A stretch of 54,529 nt of DNA, from NCBI GenBank assembly GCA_964531405.1, contig CAZHHK010000002.1:1-54529 (forward strand), in the 5' to 3' direction. The notes beneath the pieces are model-generated. The model did no database searches and had not been told where the DNA came from. It was given only the letters and a program-made list of their open reading frames with translations. This document shows, in pieces, positions 8,698-17,449 of the stretch (positions are counted from its first letter, which is position 1; the number at the start of each line of letters is the position of its first letter). This DNA is from an uncultured Spirochaetales bacterium. GTDB taxonomy: Bacteria; Spirochaetota; GWE2-31-10; JAFGQB01. Position numbers and translations under genes: made by a program.

Positions 8698-9813
8698 TCA
8701 AGAAGTTAGTTTAAAAAAATCATATCCTTTTAAATTTAATTCATCTCTCATTTGAATAAGTTCTTTCATTAGATCATCATTCACAGGCACACCTTTATCC
8801 TTTCTGAATAGCCAAGAAAGGTATTCTTTCTCACCGGCTGTATATATTCTTTCCTGTCCTGGCATCTTTTTTGAGTTTCTTAAGTCTCTTAGAATATTTC
8901 CGGTAGTTTTTTTAAATTCATCCAACTCTATAAAATTTTCAATGTTTATAGCTATAAAAAAATGTCCAAGATTATATGGCACCTGTTTACCATCTTTTAT
9001 ACCATTAAGCATTTTTAGATAACTCCCAGCCTGAAGACTGGCGGATAAAATCTCTACAACCGTTGAGTAACCATAGCCCTTATAACCTGCATTATCTTCA
9101 CCTATTCCACCCAACGGTGATAAAGCAGCTTTGCCTTTTATAAGATCGTCGAGAATCAATTTTGAGTCTGATTTTGTCTCTCCGTTTTCATCTATGACCC
9201 AGCCTTCAGGACAAGGTTTGCCTTCTCTTGCATAAAGCTCGATTTTGCCTCTTTGAGTTAAAGATGTTGCACAGTCCAGGACAAATGGAAAATCTTCATC
9301 GGTCGGCATACCAAAAGTTAATGGATTTGTCCCCAGCATATTTTCTACGCCAAAAGTTGGAGCGACCGAAGGTCTTGCATTTGTGCCTGTTATACCTATC
9401 ATCCCTTCGTTAACCGCCATTATTACATAATAACCTGCTATCCCATAATGAGTGGAATTTCTTACCGCTGTCATTCCCATACCATATTTTTTTGCCTTAT
9501 CTATTGCGATCTGCATTGATTTTTTGGCAATAACATGTCCCATACCGTTATGGCCGTCTATAACAGCAGTAGTCGGGCTCTCTCTTACTATCTCAAATTT
9601 GGTTTTTGCAAGCTGTATGCCTTTTTTTATCCTGTCGTAATAAATCGGCTTTAATCTATTTGTGCCATGCGAATCTATACCTCTTTTATCCGACGTGATC
9701 AAAACATCGGCACAAATTTTTGCCTCATCTTCTGGCACGCCCAGGCCTTTAAAAACATCGGTCATGAATCTTTCCATTGTATTAAAATCAATCCATGTTA
9801 TTTTTTCTGCCAT
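8698..9813 (-). CDS. Ldh_2 family (malate/L-lactate/sulfolactate-type) NAD(P)H-dependent oxidoreductase
   Basis: 371 aa. Contains DVLITSDKRGIDSHGTNRL, NSTHYGIAGYY, GTNPLTFGMP and GYKGYGYS, typical of the Ldh_2 family. Substrate not inferable. Confidence 0.75.
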   Translation of the reverse strand: MAEKITWIDFNTMERFMTDVFKGLGVPEDEAKICADVLITSDKRGIDSHGTNRLKPIYYDRIKKGIQLAKTKFEIVRESPTTAVIDGHNGMGHVIAKKSMQIAIDKAKKYGMGMTAVRNSTHYGIAGYYVIMAVNEGMIGITGTNARPSVAPTFGVENMLGTNPLTFGMPTDEDFPFVLDCATSLTQRGKIELYAREGKPCPEGWVIDENGETKSDSKLILDDLIKGKAALSPLGGIGEDNAGYKGYGYSTVVEILSASLQAGSYLKMLNGIKDGKQVPYNLGHFFIAINIENFIELDEFKKTTGNILRDLRNSKKMPGQERIYTAGEKEYLSWLFRKDKGVPVNDDLMKELIQMRDELNLKGYDFFKLTS

Positions 9814-9985
9814 CTTTTTATTCCTTAAAATTATATATTTTTATTTATACTTATCCATTCGGTACTAAACTTTAAGACAACATCAAAGTTTAATACTCTT
9901 CTCATATTTTATGTAAAAATGAATTTGAATAATATAATATTTTACATTATTATACTAGATAAATAATTGATTTTTTGAATAAAGA

Positions 9986-10024
9986 TTAACACAAAATTAA
10001 CAAAAACATCTTAAATTCTTTACA
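9986..10024 (+). promoter_or_regulatory. Pho-box-like phased hexamers upstream of phoB
   Basis: TTAACA (9986-9991), TTAACA (9997-10002) and TTTACA (10019-10024) lie at offsets 0, 11 and 33 bp. They match the TT(A/T/C)ACA repeat logic known for Gram-positive PhoP boxes. Confidence 0.35.
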
Positions 10025-10150
10025 CAATTTTAATATACTGCTACACTGTTTTGAGAAGTTTTATAAATTTGCAGGAATTGCATTAAAAGTATTCCATTTG
10101 TCCGCCCCTGACCTTTTTTACAATCAGTCAAGGGGCAAAAGGGGATAAAA

Positions 10151-10852
10151 ATGAATAAAACAATTGCTATCGTTGATGATGAAAAAGATATCGTTGAACT
10201 TGTCAGTATCAATTTAACTAAAAATAATTTTAAATCACTTGAATTTTATGATGCAAAATCTTTCCTTGATTCACTTAAGGCACATAAACCCGATCTTTTA
10301 TTGCTTGATCTTATGCTTCCGGATATTGATGGTATCGAAGTATGTAAAACCTTAAGGTCTAACGAAGACTATAAAGATATGCCGATTATTATGTTGACTG
10401 CCAGACAGGATGAAACGGATAAAATAATAGGGCTTGAAATCGGCGCCGATGATTACATAACCAAACCTTTCAGTCCAAGGGAGCTTATAGCAAGAATCAA
10501 AGCACTGCTTAGAAGATCGTCTATTTTACAAAAGCAGTCTGTTGAAGAAAAAATCATTAATATAGACAATAAAATATTTATAGACATTAAAAAACATGAA
10601 GTGCATGATAACGAAAAAAATAAAATATTTTTAACATCAACGGAATTCAATCTGTTATTAATATTGAATGAAAAAAGAGGATGGGTTTTTTCAAGAGAGA
10701 AGCTGTTAAATAAACTATGGGGAGAAGATAAATACGTTATTGACAGAACCATTGACGTTCATATAAAAAATCTTAGAGAAAAACTTGGAGCAGCCGGGCA
10801 ATTAATTAAAAATATAAGAGGTGTCGGATACAAGCTTGATTATGAAATCTAA
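10151..10852 (+). CDS. phoB: OmpR/PhoB-family response regulator
   Basis: 233 aa. The receiver domain has IAIVDDE, LLLLDLMLPDIDG and DDYITKPFSPRELIARI. The winged-helix output has LTSTEFNLLLIL, RTIDVHIKNLREKL and IRGVGYKL. It is followed by a PhoR-like kinase and PstS, and the symbol rests on that context. Confidence 0.8.
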   Translation: MNKTIAIVDDEKDIVELVSINLTKNNFKSLEFYDAKSFLDSLKAHKPDLLLLDLMLPDIDGIEVCKTLRSNEDYKDMPIIMLTARQDETDKIIGLEIGADDYITKPFSPRELIARIKALLRRSSILQKQSVEEKIINIDNKIFIDIKKHEVHDNEKNKIFLTSTEFNLLLILNEKRGWVFSREKLLNKLWGEDKYVIDRTIDVHIKNLREKLGAAGQLIKNIRGVGYKLDYEI

Positions 10853-12599
10853 AAAGCTTTTTCTTGAATTATTTATTATTGGATTTTTTATCACTGCAAG
10901 TATCCTTACTTTTGTATTAATCATTTCTTATTTTTTAATAAACCACAGTCATTTCACAGGAATAAAAGAAAGATTGATTGTAAAATCCGAATTCATCCAT
11001 GAAATCATAAAAGATGATTTGCAGGCAAAGCAGATTGATGAAGTAAAAGATCATTTAAAAAAATTAAATATTTCATACAATATAAAATTAAAATTATTCA
11101 CTAACAGATCGAATGTTATATATGATGCTGCACCGGAGTATCCCAATAACATTATTGTCGAATACATTAAGGCAAACAGACAGAAAGATGAAATAAATTA
11201 CATTGTAAAAAAAAATATTCCATCGGGTAAATATTATTTAATTTTTATATTCCCTGTTAAAATCAGCTCAGAAAATTTTATGACGGTGGCATTATTTGAA
11301 AATTTCGAAAATTATAAATTATCAACAATTCTTAATTTTCAAAACATTTTATTCTGCTTCTTATTGATAGTAATCTGTTCATTAATTCTTGCTTTCATTA
11401 TATCCAGAAAAATAGTTAACCCTTTAAATCAAGTTAATAAAGTTATTAAAAGTGCTTTAGATGGGGATTTTAATCAAAGAGTATATGCCGATGACTTTAA
11501 AGAAATAGAAAATCTCTCTAAAAACTTAAATGACATGATTTATAATATAGATAAAAAAATTACATCTCTAAATAATGAAAATGAAGAATTAAAAAGTATT
11601 TTTGCTTCGATTAAAGAAGCAATAATTGTAATAAATAATGATGGTTTAATCATAAGATCAAATAAAAGTTTTCTGGATTTATTTGAAATAAAGTCAGCTA
11701 ACAGTAAATATTACTGGGAAATAATTAAAGAATCAGAGATAATTAATTATATAAAAAATGAAGAAAATAAGGAAGATAATGTTCTTAAAGAATTTCTACT
11801 AAAGAATAAAAATTTATTGTGCAGTATAAATTATCTTGAAGAAAAACGATTTTATGTATTGATTTTTTATGATATCACCACTTTAAAAAATCTGGAAAAC
11901 ATAAAAAAGGATTTTATATCAAATGCATCACATGAACTTCATACTCCATTAGCCGCAATTAAAGGTTTTACTGAAACTTTAATGGACTCTGAGAAAGATA
12001 CAGAAAAACTTAAATATCTTGATATAATAAGAAGAAATACTGAAAGGTTAATCCATATTGTAAAGGATCTTCTTGTACTGTCAAAACTTGAAGCGGCAAA
12101 CAGTGAAAAAAATAATATAAATATTAATATCGAAAAGATAAGCATTGATACGTTTTTAAAATCTCTTGTGGATATGTTTGAAAAAAACCTGAAGGAAAAA
12201 AAAATCCGGTTTACTTACAAAATTCTAGATAGATTAAAAACAATAGATGGAGATTTTTTTAAGCTGGAAGAGATGTTTATAAATCTTATAGATAATGCCA
12301 TAAAATATACAGATAAAGGAGAAATTAAGATTATTATTTCGGATCTTAATGAAAAAAACAGTATAAAAATAGAAGTAATCGATACCGGTATCGGCATCCC
12401 TGAAAAAGACCTTACAAGAATTTTTGAACGTTTTTATGTTGTGGATAAATCAAGATCAAAAATATCAGGAGGTACGGGATTAGGCTTATCTATAGTTAAA
12501 CACGTTGTCATGCTACATAAGGGAGATATTAAGGTATCAAGCCGTTTGGGCGAAGGATCAAATTTCACAATAATATTGCCTAAAATAAAAAATGTTTAA
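10842..12599 (+). CDS. phoR: PhoR-like sensor histidine kinase (TM, HAMP, PAS, HisKA, HATPase_c)
   Basis: The ORF track starts at 10821, but ATG 10842 (MKSKKLF) gives an 11-nt overlap with phoB. Two TM segments are present. The H-box is FISNASHELHTPLAAIKGF, the N-box LIDNAIKYT, and the G-boxes DTGIGIP and GGTGLGLSIVKH. Confidence 0.75.
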   Translation: MKSKKLFLELFIIGFFITASILTFVLIISYFLINHSHFTGIKERLIVKSEFIHEIIKDDLQAKQIDEVKDHLKKLNISYNIKLKLFTNRSNVIYDAAPEYPNNIIVEYIKANRQKDEINYIVKKNIPSGKYYLIFIFPVKISSENFMTVALFENFENYKLSTILNFQNILFCFLLIVICSLILAFIISRKIVNPLNQVNKVIKSALDGDFNQRVYADDFKEIENLSKNLNDMIYNIDKKITSLNNENEELKSIFASIKEAIIVINNDGLIIRSNKSFLDLFEIKSANSKYYWEIIKESEIINYIKNEENKEDNVLKEFLLKNKNLLCSINYLEEKRFYVLIFYDITTLKNLENIKKDFISNASHELHTPLAAIKGFTETLMDSEKDTEKLKYLDIIRRNTERLIHIVKDLLVLSKLEAANSEKNNININIEKISIDTFLKSLVDMFEKNLKEKKIRFTYKILDRLKTIDGDFFKLEEMFINLIDNAIKYTDKGEIKIIISDLNEKNSIKIEVIDTGIGIPEKDLTRIFERFYVVDKSRSKISGGTGLGLSIVKHVVMLHKGDIKVSSRLGEGSNFTIILPKIKNV

Positions 12600-12636
12600 A
12601 AAGTAATTTGAGGCATCCTCCAATAATCAAACTTAT

Positions 12637-12685
12637 TTTACACTTCTTAACATAATATTTATAATTATTTAATCACATACTAACA
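12637..12685 (+). promoter_or_regulatory. Array of five Pho-box-like hexamers upstream of pstS
   Basis: TTTACA (12637), TTAACA (12647), TTTATA (12658), TTAATC (12669) and CTAACA (12680) are spaced 10, 11, 11 and 11 bp apart. That is one helical turn, as expected for PhoB/PhoP multimer binding. Confidence 0.4.
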
Positions 12686-12734
12686 TTTCAATTTTATTTA
12701 TAAATCAAATATATATTAACAAATGGAGGAAGAG

Positions 12735-13565
12735 ATGTTAAATACATTGAAAAAAATATTATTTACATCATTAATATTAATGTTATTAGTGCCAACATTT
12801 ACTTTTGCTGGCAGAAAAAAAGTAACAATGACAGGTTCAACAACGGTTTTGCCGATTGCTCAAAAATGTGCTGAGGTATTTATGTCTAAAAATAAAACAG
12901 CAGATATCATGGTAAACGGCGGCGGATCTGGTGTCGGCATTACTGCCTTAATCGATGGAAGGACAGATATCGCTAATTCTTCAAGAAAGATTAAAGATGC
13001 GGAAATTAAAAAGGCTAATGAAAAAAATGTAGATCCTTATGAGTATGTTATTGCAAAAGACGGCATTGTGGTAGTCGTTAATAAAAGCTTATCTAAAATC
13101 GATAATCTTTCAATTGCTCAATTAAAAGATATTTTTACAGGTAAAATCAAAAACTGGAAAGAAGTAGGTGGACCGGATGCATCTATAGTTGTTGTTTCAA
13201 GAGATACATCATCAGGCACTTATGAAACATTTGATGAACTCGTATTAAGTAAAGAAAAACCAACACAGGATGCATTAATGCTTGCTTCAAATAATGCTGT
13301 TGCTACCACAGTTTCAACAACACCTAATAGTATAGGCTACATAGGTATCGGTTACAAAGAAGCTGCAGAACTTAAATTTGTATCTGTAGAAAACGTAAAA
13401 GCATCCAAGGAAACTGTATTAAATGGAAAATACAAAATCGCAAGAAATCTTTATATGTATACAAATGGGAAGGCAAAAGGCGATGTTGAAAAGTTCATTA
13501 ATTTTGTTTTGTCAAAAGAAGGGCAAAAAATTGTTGAAGAAGAAGGTTTTATTGCGATAAAATAA
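12735..13565 (+). CDS. pstS: Phosphate ABC transporter substrate-binding protein PstS family
   Basis: The ORF track begins at 12723. The second ATG (12735) follows GGAGGAAGAG and gives a signal peptide (MLNTLKKILFTSLILMLLVPTFTFA). Contains TGSTTVLPIAQ, GGGSGVGI, DIANSSRKIK and VVSRDTSSGTYETF. Confidence 0.85.
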   Translation: MLNTLKKILFTSLILMLLVPTFTFAGRKKVTMTGSTTVLPIAQKCAEVFMSKNKTADIMVNGGGSGVGITALIDGRTDIANSSRKIKDAEIKKANEKNVDPYEYVIAKDGIVVVVNKSLSKIDNLSIAQLKDIFTGKIKNWKEVGGPDASIVVVSRDTSSGTYETFDELVLSKEKPTQDALMLASNNAVATTVSTTPNSIGYIGIGYKEAAELKFVSVENVKASKETVLNGKYKIARNLYMYTNGKAKGDVEKFINFVLSKEGQKIVEEEGFIAIK

Positions 13566-13601
13566 CCTCCTGCTTTGTAAATGTTATCATAAAAAAATAA
13601 C

Positions 13602-13632
13602 TGACCGCATTTTATATGCGGTCTTTTTTTTT
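13602..13632 (+). terminator. Rho-independent terminator after pstS
   Basis: gaccgcat (13602-13609) pairs with atgcggtc (13615-13622) as a perfect 8-bp stem with a 5-nt loop, followed by a run of about 10 T. Confidence 0.8.
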
Positions 13633-13652
13633 ATATGATAATAAAAAAAATA

Positions 13653-13681
13653 TTGACATTTTTGTTTAGCTACTATACAAT
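13653..13681 (+). promoter_or_regulatory. Near-consensus sigma-70 promoter of marR (TTGACA-17-TACAAT)
   Basis: TTGACA is at 13653-13658, followed by a 17-nt spacer and TACAAT at 13676-13681. The marR ATG is at 13690, only 8 nt after the -10 element, with no Shine-Dalgarno sequence. Confidence 0.6.
13664..13678. promoter_or_regulatory. Candidate MarR operator 1 (inside the marR promoter spacer and -10)
   Basis: GTTTAGCTACTATAC matches the perfect palindrome at 14203-14217 at 13 of 15 positions. Confidence 0.4.
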
Positions 13682-13689
13682 AAACACAT

Positions 13690-14187
13690 ATGGATAAAAG
13701 CAAAAAATTATTTGAACTCATAGAGCTTTTTACAAAAATAGTATCGAAATTTAGTTTTATCGAAAATCTTATTATGGATTTTACAAAATTGAATTTAAGG
13801 CTTTATAAATCAGAAGTCCATATGATAAAATATATTAAAGATAATCCTGAAGCGAATGTTACAGAGCTTGCAAAAATACTTGGCGTTACAAAAGGTGCAG
13901 TTTCTCAAGTCTTAACTAAGCTTGTTAAAAAAAAATTGATATTAAAAACAAATAAAGGCAAGAATGATAAAGAAATAATGTTAAAACTTACTAAACTCGG
14001 TGAAATAATATATGAGGAGCATGAAAAACTTCATAAATATGCATTCGATGATTTTTATAAGCTTATAAATAAACTGCCTGATAAAAATATATTATTTGTC
14101 GAGAATTTATTTCATATGATAGATGATCATTATGATAAAATAATAAAGGATAAACGATTTGAAAATAATATTTTTAAAATATACTAA
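13690..14187 (+). CDS. MarR-family transcriptional regulator
   Basis: 165 aa with a winged HTH (NVTELAKILGVTKGAVSQVLTKLVKKKLILKT). It sits immediately upstream of a transporter cluster. Confidence 0.75.
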   Translation: MDKSKKLFELIELFTKIVSKFSFIENLIMDFTKLNLRLYKSEVHMIKYIKDNPEANVTELAKILGVTKGAVSQVLTKLVKKKLILKTNKGKNDKEIMLKLTKLGEIIYEEHEKLHKYAFDDFYKLINKLPDKNILFVENLFHMIDDHYDKIIKDKRFENNIFKIY

Positions 14188-14202
14188 TTTTTTTAATTTA
14201 AA

Positions 14203-14217
14203 GTTTAGTTACTAAAC
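14203..14217. promoter_or_regulatory. Candidate MarR operator 2 (perfect palindrome upstream of the MMPL gene)
   Basis: GTTTAGT-T-ACTAAAC has perfect 7-bp arms and lies 20 nt upstream of the MMPL start, before the AGGAG RBS. Confidence 0.45.
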
Positions 14218-14237
14218 AATTTATAGGAGATAAAATC

Positions 14238-16643
14238 ATGATGAATTTTATTTTTAAATACAGGATACCAATAATTATAATTGGCACAATTATTACAGTC
14301 TTTTTTGCATATAATATAAAGTTCTTAAAAAAAAATGCTGGTATAGAAACCATGCTACCGCAAAACAATCCAGACTATAAGTATTTCAAGGAAATTGAAA
14401 AAGAATTCGGTAATATGGATAATATAACCATCGGTATTAGTGCAAAAGACTCGATTTATTCCAGAGAAGCTATTACAGCAATTAATGAGATTACTTCATT
14501 TTTTGAAAACAGGGAAGAAATAGAAGATGATGAAGTGTTGAGTATAACCACTGCAAAAAATATCGATAATATCAATGGCGAATTAACCGTCGAAAAACTG
14601 ATTGATGATCCGGAAAATATTACAGACGAAGAACTTAAAAATGTAAAATTTAAAATTGATGATAATCCATTATACCACGGAAAACTTGTGAGCATGGATG
14701 ATAAAAGTACAATTATAATAGCAAATGTACCCACTGAAATTTCCCTTGACGAGGTCAAATTAAAAAGATTAACGGATGCATTATATGCTAAATCTGTCGA
14801 AGTAAAAAATAAATATAAAGATATTGAAATTTATGTGTCAGGTTTTGCCGTATCAAAAGCAAAATTAAGCGAATTTATGTCTAAAGATTTAAAAACACTT
14901 TTTCCAGTTGCATTGATAGTTGTAATGTTATCTTTACTAATTATACTTAAACAGTTTAAAAGTATGATAATACCAATCATTGTTACAATTGTCAGTATCA
15001 TCTGGACGCTGGGGTTAAAAGCGCTTTTAAAATCTCCAGTGACTATTTCGGAAATCGCCATACCCGTCATGCTTATTTCGATTTGTTGTGCCGATGGAAT
15101 TCATATAATAACAGAATTCATAAAATATTTAAGAGAAGGATATACTACTAGAGAAGCTTTAAGCAAAACCATGAAGATATTGACTACTCCCGTTATTTTA
15201 ACCAGCATCACAACGGCTTTTGGCTTTTTATCCTTGCTCACTTCACCATCATCTTCATTGAGAAGTATGGGTTTCTTTTTATCCTTTGGTGTTATTGTTG
15301 CTATGTTTTTTTCATTATATTTAATACCCTCATTGATCTCATTTTACAGATCAAAAAAAATAAAAATTGATCAAAAAGATGATTCTCAAAATAAAAAACA
15401 ATATAAATCATTAAGCAATAAGTTATTTACTAAATGGGCTAATTTAATTACAATTGTAAAGTTACCAGTAATTATTTTTTCTGTTTTGATAACCATAATC
15501 AGTATTATAGGATTTATCATGGTTAAAGTAGACAACGATCCTGTCCAGTACTTTTATAAGACTAACGACTTCAGGATAGCGACAGAACATATAAATAAAA
15601 CTATGGGAGGGATAGCAGATCTTTATATCATTTTTGAAGGCACTGAAGAAAACTCAATGAAGGATCCTGTTATATTAAAAAAAATGTGGGATCTTCAAAA
15701 ATATACTGAAACACTAGATAAGGTAAGTTTTACGTTTGGTCTTACGGATTATATAAGACAGATTAATTATATATACAACAACAGCGATGAAAGATATAGA
15801 CGTTTACCTTCCGAGACAGAAAAAATTGAAAATGAGAAAGTTGAAATAATAAATGGAAAAGAAACTATTACAAAATCAGTAAAAGAAGTATCAGGAAAAG
15901 ATCAGGTTGCAAATTTGTTATTGCTTTATGAAATGGGCGGAGGCGAAACTTTGAAATCCATTGTAAATAACGATTATTCTAAAGCAATAGTGCATGTGCG
16001 TATAAAAAATACTAAAACTGAGGAAGTTATAAGGATAATCAATAAACTCGATTTATACATTAAGAATAACTTCAATAATAATGGTGTTAAAATAAAATTT
16101 TCAAACCAGTATATAAGATATGTAATAACAACGCTTATTTCCAGCAATCAAATAATAAACCTGTTTACTACTATTATTGCTGTGGGTTTCTTATTAATAA
16201 TAATTTTCAGATCCGTGTTAAGTGGTATTGTAATGGTTATTCCGACCTTTTTAGCCATTATTTTTAACTTTCTTATAATGTGGCTGTTTGGTGTACCTCT
16301 TGATATAACAACAAGCACGATAGCATCTGTCGGTATAGGTGTCGGAATCGACTATAGCATTCACTTTTTCCAGCGTTTTAAATATCATTACCTACAGTTA
16401 AATGATTACACAGAATCAGTTAAGAAAACAATAATAGACAGTGGTAAACCGATTATGTCAAATGCCCTTGCGGTGGGCTTGGGATTTGCCGTGTTAATGT
16501 TTTCTAATTTTAAAATAATTTTTGATCTGGGATGGATTGTTGCCTTCTCAATGCTCTCCACCGCTTTAAACGCATTGATAGTGCTTCCCGTTTTGATCAT
16601 TATAATAAAACCAAAGGTAAAAAATACAATTTTACCTTTTTAA
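14238..16643 (+). CDS. MMPL/RND-superfamily transporter (two 6-TM bundles with large extracytoplasmic loops)
   Basis: 801 aa with the duplicated topology of MMPL/HpnN-like exporters: TM1, a large loop, a 5-TM bundle including GIHIITEF and LTSITTAFGFLSL, then the same again with GVGIDYSIHFF and SNALAVGLGFAVL. Confidence 0.8.
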   Translation: MMNFIFKYRIPIIIIGTIITVFFAYNIKFLKKNAGIETMLPQNNPDYKYFKEIEKEFGNMDNITIGISAKDSIYSREAITAINEITSFFENREEIEDDEVLSITTAKNIDNINGELTVEKLIDDPENITDEELKNVKFKIDDNPLYHGKLVSMDDKSTIIIANVPTEISLDEVKLKRLTDALYAKSVEVKNKYKDIEIYVSGFAVSKAKLSEFMSKDLKTLFPVALIVVMLSLLIILKQFKSMIIPIIVTIVSIIWTLGLKALLKSPVTISEIAIPVMLISICCADGIHIITEFIKYLREGYTTREALSKTMKILTTPVILTSITTAFGFLSLLTSPSSSLRSMGFFLSFGVIVAMFFSLYLIPSLISFYRSKKIKIDQKDDSQNKKQYKSLSNKLFTKWANLITIVKLPVIIFSVLITIISIIGFIMVKVDNDPVQYFYKTNDFRIATEHINKTMGGIADLYIIFEGTEENSMKDPVILKKMWDLQKYTETLDKVSFTFGLTDYIRQINYIYNNSDERYRRLPSETEKIENEKVEIINGKETITKSVKEVSGKDQVANLLLLYEMGGGETLKSIVNNDYSKAIVHVRIKNTKTEEVIRIINKLDLYIKNNFNNNGVKIKFSNQYIRYVITTLISSNQIINLFTTIIAVGFLLIIIFRSVLSGIVMVIPTFLAIIFNFLIMWLFGVPLDITTSTIASVGIGVGIDYSIHFFQRFKYHYLQLNDYTESVKKTIIDSGKPIMSNALAVGLGFAVLMFSNFKIIFDLGWIVAFSMLSTALNALIVLPVLIIIIKPKVKNTILPF

Positions 16644-16671
16644 AAAATAAATAATATATGGAGGATGTATT

Positions 16672-17433
16672 ATGAATAAAATTATTCAAATTGTTTTATT
16701 TTTTGCAGTAGCATTTTATGTCTCTGCTGACCAAAAAGGTGAACAAATTGCAAAATCTAATTTTGATTTAAAAAAATCGCGAGATTCATACTCGATCGCA
16801 ACAATGGTAATAATAAGTAAATCAGGCGATAAAAAAAACAGAAAGCTTGAAATGTTTACCAAAGAAACTGCTGAAGGTACAAATTCATTTATTAGATTCC
16901 TTGAACCAGCAGATGTAAAAGGATCGACATTTTTAACTATAGCGTATAAAAAAGGAGATGATGATCAAAGATTGTATCTTCCAGCTTTGGGTAAAATTAG
17001 GAAAATAGCAAGCAATAATAAAGACGGCAGATTCATGGGAAGTGATTTATTTTACTATGATATGGAAGACAGGGATTTTGAAGATTTTCAGTATAAATTT
17101 ATCAAGGAAGATAAATACAACAATCAAGATTTCAATGTTGTAGAATATGTTTCAAATGATAAAAATTGCCCCTATTCCAAAGAATTAGTTTGGATTAGTA
17201 AAAAAGATAATTTCATTTATAAAATAGAATGTTATGACAAAAATGACGAAGCACGGCTTGTTAAAACTATAGCAATGCTTGACGTTAAAAACTATGATGG
17301 CGTACTTATCCCTGGCAAAATCGTTGTTGACAACAATAAAGATGGCACGAAAACCCTTCTTCAAAGAGAGAATATTAAAATAAACGCAGGGTTAAAAGAT
17401 AATATTTTTACAGTACAAAACATGTCTAATTAA
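16672..17433 (+). CDS. Outer-membrane lipoprotein-sorting (LolA-like) protein
   Basis: 253 aa with a signal peptide. Contains FLTIAYKKGDDDQRLYLPALGKIRKIASNNKDGRFMGSDLFYYDM, characteristic of the LolA-like family usually encoded beside MMPL transporters. Confidence 0.65.
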   Translation: MNKIIQIVLFFAVAFYVSADQKGEQIAKSNFDLKKSRDSYSIATMVIISKSGDKKNRKLEMFTKETAEGTNSFIRFLEPADVKGSTFLTIAYKKGDDDQRLYLPALGKIRKIASNNKDGRFMGSDLFYYDMEDRDFEDFQYKFIKEDKYNNQDFNVVEYVSNDKNCPYSKELVWISKKDNFIYKIECYDKNDEARLVKTIAMLDVKNYDGVLIPGKIVVDNNKDGTKTLLQRENIKINAGLKDNIFTVQNMSN

Positions 17434-17449
17434 TGATGGTGGGTTAAAT

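Noticed and set aside
14198-14211. 14-nt identity (atttaaagtttagt) between the MarR operator region and the rnpB repeat arms
   Set aside because: A rough estimate for an AT-rich 54-kb window predicts dozens of chance 14-mer matches, and the flanks are unrelated.
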